From a virus (taxonomy: Duplodnaviria; Caudoviricetes), in the IMG/VR virus record IMGVR_UViG_3300046739_000338, positions 1-58,209 of that record: 58,209 nt of DNA; one strand, 5' to 3'. Made by a program: the position numbers and the translations under genes. A model generated the notes under the pieces. That model made no database searches. It saw nothing but the letters and a program-made list of their open reading frames with translations, and was not told the DNA's origin. This document shows positions 1 through 6,302 of this stretch, in pieces. Each line of letters opens with the position of its first letter. Positions within the stretch are counted from its first letter, which is position 1.

Positions 1-127
1 CGCCATCGCCGAGAGGCCCAATTCACGGCCAGACAAGACCGTCGACAACACGGCTTCAGGCGTGCCGTAGGCGCTGAACAGGCGCGCCTTGAACAGCAAC
101 TGCGCCAACTGCACGGCCTGGTTCATG
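1..127. repeat. Terminal direct repeat (assembly overlap), copy 1
   Basis: 1-127 is identical to 58083-58209, and a - strand ORF reads through the junction in frame. Confidence 0.97.
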
Positions 128-1140
128 GACTGCGGCTCGAGTTGCCGTTCGTAATCGGCAGTGACTGGCGCCAGTGACAAGCGCGATGCTGGGGCCGGCG
201 AGACGTCTGGTTCGGGCTGCGGTGTGGGAGCTTTGGGTGCGACGCGGCGCGCCACATCGGCCACAAAGGCGCCGAGGGCATCCGTCGCCTGATCGGCCGT
301 CAATTCCTGCTCGATCGTCGGCATCGCTTCGTTGATATCAGTCATGATCGGATCCTCACTATCCGTGGGCACGCGCTCGGTGAGCACGGCGGCTAAGTCA
401 ATCGGCGCATCCTCGCGCAACGTCAACAACGCGCGCACCGTCGGCAGGCGTTCAGCGAAGGCGAGTAAGGCTGTCGCTTGCGCTGGCTTCACGGCGTTCA
501 GCTCGACTCCGGAATGAAGGACGGTATACAAGTCATCCAGATTCCCGAATTGCGCCAGCAACGCCGCGGCTCCCTTGGCTCCGATGCCTTTGACGCCAAC
601 CACGCCGTCGGACGCATCGCCAACCAGCGTCAGATAATCGCGGACCTGATCCGGCGTCACGCCGAACTTCTCCTTCACGGCGGCTGGATCCATCACGTTG
701 CCCGTCACCGGCGACTTCACACTGACGTGCTCCGTCACCAGCTGCAGCAAGTCTTTGTCCGCCGAGACGACCAGCACCGGCCAGGCGCCGACTCTCGCCT
801 GTGCCGTCGCACTCGCAATCACGTCGTCGGCTTCAAAGCCTTCCGCCATCCACTGCGGATAGCCGTCCGTCTTCAGCGTCTCCAGCGCAATCTCGCATTG
901 ATGAAAGAAGGGCGCCGGCTTCGATTCGCGCGCCGCTTTGTACGTCGCGTCCATCTCTTTGCGAAACGACGTCGGCGAATCCAAGCACAAGGCCACGTGC
1001 GGCTGGCCGCTCGCCAGGGCGCGCACCTTCGCGATGATGCCGATGGACGTCGCGTCCGGATTCGGATCATTGCTCGCCATGTGCCAGACAGGATGGGCAA
1101 TGGATGAGAAGTCGATGAGGACGATCGTCGGTTTATTCAC
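1..1140 (-). CDS. N-terminal part of a 5'-3' exonuclease (PIN/FEN + H3TH) fused to a RecT-like annealase; continues across the origin to 57753 (about 489 aa in total)
   Basis: Own translation from GTG 1140: MNKPTIVLIDFSS..FRKEMDATYKAAR..GFEADDVIAS..VVSADKDLLQLV..YLTLVGDASDGVVGVKGIGAKGA (PolA-type 5'-3' exonuclease motifs). No stop before ATG 126 (=58208). Missing from the ORF track because it runs off the window edge. Confidence 0.9.
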   Translation of the reverse strand, partial: MNKPTIVLIDFSSIAHPVWHMASNDPNPDATSIGIIAKVRALASGQPHVALCLDSPTSFRKEMDATYKAARESKPAPFFHQCEIALETLKTDGYPQWMAEGFEADDVIASATAQARVGAWPVLVVSADKDLLQLVTEHVSVKSPVTGNVMDPAAVKEKFGVTPDQVRDYLTLVGDASDGVVGVKGIGAKGAAALLAQFGNLDDLYTVLHSGVELNAVKPAQATALLAFAERLPTVRALLTLREDAPIDLAAVLTERVPTDSEDPIMTDINEAMPTIEQELTADQATDALGAFVADVARRVAPKAPTPQPEPDVSPAPASRLSLAPVTADYERQLEPQSMNQAVQLAQLLFKARLFSAYGTPEAVLSTVLSGRELGLSAMA

Positions 1141-1330
1141 CGTCGGACTCCAAGCTCGCCAGAAACGAATTCAAGCAATTGTCGGAACAGAAGTAGTAAT
1201 CCCCGCGCCGCGTCACGAAGAGAATCGGCTGCGGATGGTCGATGTCGTTCCCGCAGGTATCGCAGATGTGCCACTCGGGCGCGAGGCTGTCGTCCGTCTC
1301 GGCGTCCGGCTGATCGGCAAAGCGGCTCAT
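1133..1330 (-). CDS. Small TRASH/YHS-like metal-binding protein
   Basis: CDTC...YYFCSDNCL; overlaps both neighbours. Confidence 0.65.
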   Translation of the reverse strand: MSRFADQPDAETDDSLAPEWHICDTCGNDIDHPQPILFVTRRGDYYFCSDNCLNSFLASLESDGE

Positions 1331-1575
1331 ACGGCCTCCGCAGAAAACTCAGTGAGTTCCAAGCCCAGCGTCATGATGGCGTAGGCATTCGCCGCGGTCA
1401 GGCTGTCGAACGTCTGCGCAAAACGGCGGTCCTCCGTCCAATGCAGGTTCGGCGAGGCGAAGACGCCAGACGTCAGACGCACGGCATACTGCGTGCGCGC
1501 GGCCTTGACCAGTGCGGCTTCCGTCCGCGCCAAGGCTTTGGCTGTTTCGAAAAAGTGCCGTGAGATGTTGTCCAT
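1327..1575 (-). CDS. Hypothetical protein, probably leaderless
   Basis: 82-aa ORF; ATG lies 7 nt after a predicted -10 box. Confidence 0.65.
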   Translation of the reverse strand: MDNISRHFFETAKALARTEAALVKAARTQYAVRLTSGVFASPNLHWTEDRRFAQTFDSLTAANAYAIMTLGLELTEFSAEAV

Positions 1576-1582
1576 GGAAGAG

Positions 1583-1612
1583 AGCTTACACCTAAGCGCT
1601 TAGGCTTGTCAA
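1583..1612 (-). promoter_or_regulatory. Sigma70-type promoter containing a 14-bp palindrome (candidate operator)
   Basis: TTGACA (1612-1607), 18 nt, TAAGCT (1588-1583); CCTAAGCGCTTAGG at 1591-1604 in the spacer. Confidence 0.7.
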
Positions 1613-1618
1613 GTGCCC

Positions 1619-1774
1619 TCACCGGGCGACGCCGAGGAGCCGACAAATCGCCCAGGCGAGTCGCGACGTGTGCCGATACACGGCTTTCCGGATGATTCGC
1701 TGCGGGAGGCGCCCGCGCGCTACGGCATGCATATCGCCAAGCGCACGGGCAACCTGATACAACGCGCGTCTCAT
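1619..1774 (-). CDS. Small basic hypothetical protein (51 aa)
   Basis: MRRALYQVARALGDMHAVARG; ATGA overlap with the upstream stop. Confidence 0.6.
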   Translation of the reverse strand: MRRALYQVARALGDMHAVARGRLPQRIIRKAVYRHTSRLAWAICRLLGVAR

Positions 1775-2244
1775 TGCACGGAGTCCGCGCCGTGGGCCGT
1801 GTCTTTCAATGCCGACATCGCCATCAAGATCGCGTCGACTTTCGTTTCCAACCCGAGAGCTGCCGCGATGACACGCGCGCGTCTGAGCACGCTCGCCGCC
1901 CGCTCGCATTCACTGATCAGACTTTGCCGCGCCGCGTCTGGATTTTCACGCAGCGTATCGAGGCTCGTGTACCCTTGCTCGTTGCCCAACCGGCTCGGGT
2001 CTGGCACGTAGAACGGCGCCTTGATGGTGATGTCGTTGACGACCATCTGCACCTGCACGGTGCGGATCAGGACGCGCGCCTGATCGAGCCAGTAGTGCTC
2101 GGCGGCTTTCTGCACGTCCCAAGTGAAATGCTTGTGCAGTGGGCTGTCCGGTCGTTTGGCGTCGTTGACGACGCGCTCTGGCGTCAGACGCCCGTCGAGT
2201 TCAAGAAATTTCAGATGCTCACGCACGACTTTTGAAATACGCAT
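1771..2244 (-). CDS. Conserved phage protein, putative partner of the RAMP-like protein
   Basis: RBS GAAGGAG before ATG 2244; LTPERVVNDAKRPDSPLHKHFTWDVQKAAEHYWLDQARVLIR resembles a recurrent uncharacterised phage family. Confidence 0.8.
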   Translation of the reverse strand: MRISKVVREHLKFLELDGRLTPERVVNDAKRPDSPLHKHFTWDVQKAAEHYWLDQARVLIRTVQVQMVVNDITIKAPFYVPDPSRLGNEQGYTSLDTLRENPDAARQSLISECERAASVLRRARVIAAALGLETKVDAILMAMSALKDTAHGADSVQ

Positions 2245-2271
2245 GTGCCCCACTCCTTCATTTGTTGTTGT

Positions 2272-2870
2272 TGCCGGCCCAGACATGCCGCGTCTCACCA
2301 CGTCATTGCTAACCTCGCCTCGCCAGTCCTCGTCTGCACTGCCTTGTCTTGCCAGACGTTATCGGGTCATTCCATGCCACGCCAAAACCCGCCCCACGTC
2401 ACCGCGCCCGACCACGCCTCGCCTGCCGTGTCTCACCTCGCCAGATCAAGCCATAGCTCGTCGTGTCTTGTCGTGCCAATCCCCACCACGTCTGCCATGC
2501 CCGATCTGACCCAACCTCACCAGATCGACCCCACCGCGTCGGACCATGTCTGCCGTGTCTCGTCACGCCTCACCGGACCCGACCAAGCGTCACCGCACCA
2601 GATCTAGTCTCACCGCGTCTGCCACGCCATACCCAACCATGCGCCGCCGTGCCGTGCCGGACCCCAACACGCCCCGTCGCACCTCGTCTGCCGTGTCTCG
2701 CCTGACCCAGTCGCTCTCTACCCAGCCTGATCTGGTCGCACCGGGTCTCACCGTGTCCGCCTGCCTTGTCTTGCCCAGCCTCGCAGCACCTCGCCAAGGC
2801 GTGCTGTGTCTCGCCGCGCCGTGACGCATCTGCCGTGCCAATCTCGCCTTGTCCTGTCCGGCCTTGCCTT
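2272..2870 (-). ncRNA. GGY-NN pentamer array 2 (about 9 units; putative guide RNA precursor)
   Basis: 5-nt periodicity, e.g. 2692-2621 on - reads GGC A GAC GA GGT GC GAC GG GGC GT GTT GG GGT CC GGC AC GGC AC... Unit breaks (ctgcc on +) at 2339, 2423, 2492, 2550, 2619, 2688, 2761, 2830. The repeat is seen directly; RNA function is inferred. Confidence 0.75.
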
Positions 2871-3639
2871 ACGCCACACCCTTCAACTGCCGATGCTTCA
2901 GTTCCGTATCGAACCACGCCAGTAACGACATCGTCTCGTCGTCGTACGCCGACGGCGCCTCGATCGCCGCCAACTGCGCGGCCCGTCCCCCGTTCTGCAC
3001 GATCTCGAGAAACGTCGGATCGTCTTTGTCGACAATAGTGAACTGTCCGTACGACATCGCGCCCTTCTCAGGCCGTCCATCGCCGACGCCCGCCGTGAAC
3101 CCCGATGCGCCCAACAGGTTTGCCACCGCTTGCATCCGCATCAACGGCTGCACGAACGTCACCGTCAGCTTGCACGCCCACTGCGGCAGAATGGCGCGCG
3201 TCCGAATATCAGGCGTCCGATTCATGTCGGCCGACCGCACGGTCGTCATGAACAACTGCGGCACCCCGTAGATGCCGACCATGTCGCCTTCGACATACAC
3301 GAGCCGACCAATCTGCGCCTTCTTCGCGCCTGGCAGATCGAGCGCGGCCGTCTTCATCGCGCCCTTGAAGGCCGTGGCGAGGATGGCAATAGCTGTCGGC
3401 GCCGCCTCGTTGCTGAGCAGATAGGGCGACGATCGATATTCCGTCAACGGATCGTGCTTGAGTGTCGTGGCGCGTTCCATCGCGTTCTTGCGCCCGCGAG
3501 GCAAGAGCAGCTCGTGCTTCGCCTTCTCGGACATGCGGTTGCAGATCATCGGCGATCGGCCGAGGATGTAGAACTCTGCGCGGCCCTGTGAGACTTCGAT
3601 GATGTCGACGCTGTCGGATGTCGGTGTCTTCGGTTTCAT
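2869..3639 (-). CDS. Cas7/RAMP-like protein (RRM fold, G-rich loop); candidate RNA-guided effector
   Basis: Strand then GRSPMICN; ILATAFKGAMKTAA (RAMP-like KG helix); thumb-like insert VRSADMNRTPDIRTRA; C-terminal G-loop GFTAGVGDGRPEKGAMSYGQF; RBS AAAGGA. Confidence 0.75.
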   Translation of the reverse strand: MKPKTPTSDSVDIIEVSQGRAEFYILGRSPMICNRMSEKAKHELLLPRGRKNAMERATTLKHDPLTEYRSSPYLLSNEAAPTAIAILATAFKGAMKTAALDLPGAKKAQIGRLVYVEGDMVGIYGVPQLFMTTVRSADMNRTPDIRTRAILPQWACKLTVTFVQPLMRMQAVANLLGASGFTAGVGDGRPEKGAMSYGQFTIVDKDDPTFLEIVQNGGRAAQLAAIEAPSAYDDETMSLLAWFDTELKHRQLKGVA

Positions 3640-3672
3640 GTCGCTGTCCTTTGCTTGAAAAAGTTATCGCTT

Positions 3673-3963
3673 CTGCCTGCCACGCCTAACCTACCGTGCC
3701 CGGCCCCACCACGTCTGACCTCGCCTGCCCTGTCGCGGTCGCACCCAACCAATCCCAGTCCCGCCATGTCTGCCCCGCAGTGCCAAGTCATTCGCCACCA
3801 GGCCATTCCGAAGCTCGCCATGTCCCACCGTGTCTGCCGCGTCTTACCTAGCCCCGCGTTGCCAAACCCGACCACGCCCGGCCAAGTCTCTCCACGTCGG
3901 CCAAATCACGCCTCGTCGCTCCGCGTCAAAACTAACCTCACCAAATCACGCCGCGCCTTGACT
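3673..3963 (-). ncRNA. GGY-NN pentamer array 1 (5 units; putative guide RNA precursor)
   Basis: From 3962: GTC AA GGC GC GGC GT GAT TT GGT GA GGT TA GTT TT GAC GC...; unit breaks near 3898, 3834, 3770, 3725, 3677. Confidence 0.75.
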
Positions 3964-3969
3964 GAATCA

Positions 3970-3998
3970 GTTGTAATCGAAGTGTTTCGGTTTGTCAA
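3970..3998 (-). promoter_or_regulatory. Sigma70-type promoter for the array/RAMP operon
   Basis: TTGACA (3998-3993), 17 nt, TACAAC (3975-3970); predicted start about 3963. Confidence 0.75.
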
Positions 3999-3999
3999 G

Positions 4000-4146
4000 T
4001 CACGATTTGGATTTCACGGCAGGCGTCGGCTTGCTGCGCGGTCGTCCACCTAATTTCCCATTGCGTCGGCACGCCGCTGTCTTCGCGGGACTCGTCACGC
4101 GCCCACCAATTCTGCCGAGCGCTTGTGCATGAATGTTTTTGGCCAT
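4000..4146 (-). CDS. Small basic KGG/GGRP-type putative nucleic-acid-binding protein (48 aa)
   Basis: MAKNIHAQALGRIGGRVTSPAKTAACRRNGKLGGRPRSK. Confidence 0.7.
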   Translation of the reverse strand: MAKNIHAQALGRIGGRVTSPAKTAACRRNGKLGGRPRSKPTPAVKSKS

Positions 4147-4156
4147 AGTTATGGGA

Positions 4157-4185
4157 AGCCTAATCGAATCGGTTTCGTCTGTCAA
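4157..4185 (-). promoter_or_regulatory. Sigma70-type promoter
   Basis: TTGACA (4185-4180), 17 nt, TAGGCT (4162-4157), ATG at 4146. Confidence 0.7.
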
Positions 4186-4227
4186 CGGTGTCTATGTGTG
4201 GTAGGTCTCAGCCGTGGAGACGCCCGC

Positions 4228-4491
4228 ATGTTGCGGTTGCGATTCGCGCGCATTCGTTCCACACTAGCCGCCGTGCTGACGAACAAAGAAGCGACGTTGC
4301 AAAGTGTCGTCGAACATCTCGCCGCCGACGTCGCGGCCCTCGAACAAGAAGTCGTCGTCTATCGCGAAATGGTCCAGATCCTGATGGCGCAGAACGCCGA
4401 ACTGCTCAAACAACACGCCGCGCTGCGCCAGCAAATCGCCGACCGCCGCGACGAAATCCAACGCTACGTCGCCACGCAGATGCCCGCGTGA
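4228..4491 (+). CDS. Coiled-coil hypothetical protein
   Basis: GGAG RBS before ATG 4228; heptad-like LAADVAALEQEV..LLKQHAALRQQI. Confidence 0.65.
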   Translation: MLRLRFARIRSTLAAVLTNKEATLQSVVEHLAADVAALEQEVVVYREMVQILMAQNAELLKQHAALRQQIADRRDEIQRYVATQMPA

Positions 4492-5108
4492 CGCCGCTGG
4501 CCATCGACCTCTTCTGTGGCCTGGGCGGCTGGACGGAAGGTCTACTGCGTGCGGGCTATCGCGTCATCGGGTTCGACAACGAGCAGCACATCTACGGTGA
4601 GGCCCGGTATCCCGCGCAGCTCGTGATCCAGGACGTCCTGACGCTGCATGGTTCGCAGTTCAAGGCGGCGGCGCTGATCGTCGCGAGTCCCCCGTGTCAG
4701 GCGTATTCATATCGCGCGATGCCGTGGAAACGGGCGAAGGCCTTACCGACGCCGAGTAATGAACTCTTCGATGCCTGCTTTCGGATTCAGCGGGAAGCCT
4801 GCGAGGCGGCGGGGCATCACATCCCGCTGGTCGTGGAGAACGTCTGCGGGGCGCAGAAGTGGGTGGGGCGCGCACGGTGGCATTACGGGAGCTTCTACTT
4901 GTGGGGTGATGTGCCGGCGCTGATGCCGATGACGCTGAAGGCGATTAAGGGAGACGGGCGGAAACAGAAGGGCAGCGGTGCCGCCTGGTTCGACAACGGC
5001 ATTTGCAAATCAGGCAGCGCGAGTAAGGCTCGCAAAGCCGCCTCCGCGCACATCGCCAAGATCCCGCTGGCCCTCGCCACGCATATCGCCCAGGCGTGGC
5101 ATCCATGA
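4488..5108 (+). CDS. Short C5-cytosine DNA methyltransferase-like protein
   Basis: GTG 4488; DLFCGLGG (motif I), ASPPCQ (IV), VVENV (VI). Confidence 0.8.
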   Translation: MTPLAIDLFCGLGGWTEGLLRAGYRVIGFDNEQHIYGEARYPAQLVIQDVLTLHGSQFKAAALIVASPPCQAYSYRAMPWKRAKALPTPSNELFDACFRIQREACEAAGHHIPLVVENVCGAQKWVGRARWHYGSFYLWGDVPALMPMTLKAIKGDGRKQKGSGAAWFDNGICKSGSASKARKAASAHIAKIPLALATHIAQAWHP

Positions 5109-5497
5109 GCCACGGGCTGCGCTGGACAGAAGAAGAATACGCCGCGTTTCGCCGTCGCATGGATGGCCTCGCACCTCCGCTCCCGCTGCCCTTGCGGCCC
5201 CATGCCCAGCCCTTCGATCGCTTCATGGAGCTCTGCGCCGCGGCCAAGCTCCCCATTCCCGCCCGCGAAGTGCTGTTCCTGGCCGACCGGGATTTCCGCG
5301 CGGATTATTGCTGGCCCCTGCAAAAAATCATCGTCGAACAGCAAGGCTTTCGCGACCATTCGACGCGCAAAGGGCTCCAGCGCGATTACGAAAAAAGCAA
5401 TCTCGCGCAGGCGGCTGGATTCCGTTACTTCCAGTTCACGCCGAAGCAGCTCGCGATGGTCGAGACGATTGAGTGGCTGCGGGGACAACTGACATGA
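5105..5497 (+). CDS. Vsr/DUF559-like PD-(D/E)XK endonuclease
   Basis: RDFRADYCWPLQKIIVEQQG...RDYEKSNLAQAAGFRYFQFT. Confidence 0.75.
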   Translation: MSHGLRWTEEEYAAFRRRMDGLAPPLPLPLRPHAQPFDRFMELCAAAKLPIPAREVLFLADRDFRADYCWPLQKIIVEQQGFRDHSTRKGLQRDYEKSNLAQAAGFRYFQFTPKQLAMVETIEWLRGQLT

Positions 5498-6207
5498 CGC
5501 CGTATTACGACCATGCCGGGATTCAAATTTTCCACGGCGATTGCCGCGACGTCCTCGAAGAGTGGGAAGGCCTCCGCACCCAGAGCTTTGATCTGCTCCT
5601 GACAGACCCACCGTATGGGATCGGCGAGGCGAGAGGAAAGAACGCAAGCAGGGGCCAGCTAGCTCAGGCGACCGATTGGGGCATCAGCGATTGGGACGAT
5701 ATCCCGCAGGTGGAAGGCGTTGCCCGCGCGAGAGCAGTCAGCCGCTATCACATCATTTTCGGGGGGAATTACTATACGCTACCGCCCACATCGTGCTGGT
5801 TGGTCTGGGACAAAGATAACGGCGACACAGACTTCTCGGATTGCGAATTGGCATGGACGAATCTGCGGAAGGCCGTGCGGAAGCTCACCTATCGCTGGAA
5901 TGGCATGTTGCAAGCTCCTGGTTGTCCCAAGGAGCTACGATTACACCCGACCATAAAGCCTGAGCCGGTCATGCGCTGGGCGTTGATGCAAGCCCCGCCA
6001 GGCGTGCGGACGGTGCTCGATCCCTTTATGGGCAGCGGCACGACGCTGGTCGCGGCCAAACGCCTCGGCCGGCAGTGCGTCGGCATTGAACGCGAAGAAC
6101 GCTATTGCGAGGTCGCCGCCAAGCGTCTCGCGCAAGACGTCCTGCCGTTTGCGGACGACACCGTAGCAAACGAACGGACGCAGATGCCGTTGAGTTTGGT
6201 AGAGTAG
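5494..6207 (+). CDS. N6-adenine/N4-cytosine DNA methyltransferase (beta class)
   Basis: LTDPPYG precedes HPTIKP and VLDPFMGSGTT. Confidence 0.92.
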   Translation: MTPYYDHAGIQIFHGDCRDVLEEWEGLRTQSFDLLLTDPPYGIGEARGKNASRGQLAQATDWGISDWDDIPQVEGVARARAVSRYHIIFGGNYYTLPPTSCWLVWDKDNGDTDFSDCELAWTNLRKAVRKLTYRWNGMLQAPGCPKELRLHPTIKPEPVMRWALMQAPPGVRTVLDPFMGSGTTLVAAKRLGRQCVGIEREERYCEVAAKRLAQDVLPFADDTVANERTQMPLSLVE

Positions 6208-6302
6208 TGTCGGCGGGCGCCCGGCCAGGCCCCTGTCGCGTCGTGCTTATCTCACGACACGAGCCCGCCGCTTCTCTCACACCTAGATAAGAGGTGCTTC
6301 CC

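Noticed and set aside
1-127. Biological terminal repeat or att site
   Set aside because: The length matches a common assembler k-mer and the repeat falls mid-gene.
332-1384. + strand ORFs 332..517, 478..1107 and 938..1384
   Set aside because: They are antisense shadows of the exonuclease gene, which has clear motifs on the - strand.
2245-2917. ORFs of 80-128 aa on both strands over array 2 (and 3636..3875, 3655..4053 over array 1)
   Set aside because: Low-complexity R/G/P/A translations arise from a stop-poor 5-nt periodic repeat. The period is not a multiple of 3 and units contain single-base indels, so these are unlikely to be coding.
2272-3963. Pentamer arrays as a CRISPR array or simple microsatellite
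   Set aside because: There are no identical 25-40 bp repeats with intervening spacers. The dinucleotides vary freely while phase and punctuation are conserved, unlike slippage satellites.
3974-3981. Gapped match of array-1 dinucleotides TT-GA-TA to the promoter motif TTCGATTA (possible autoregulation)
   Set aside because: Only three dinucleotides match and the flanking ones do not, which is expected by chance.
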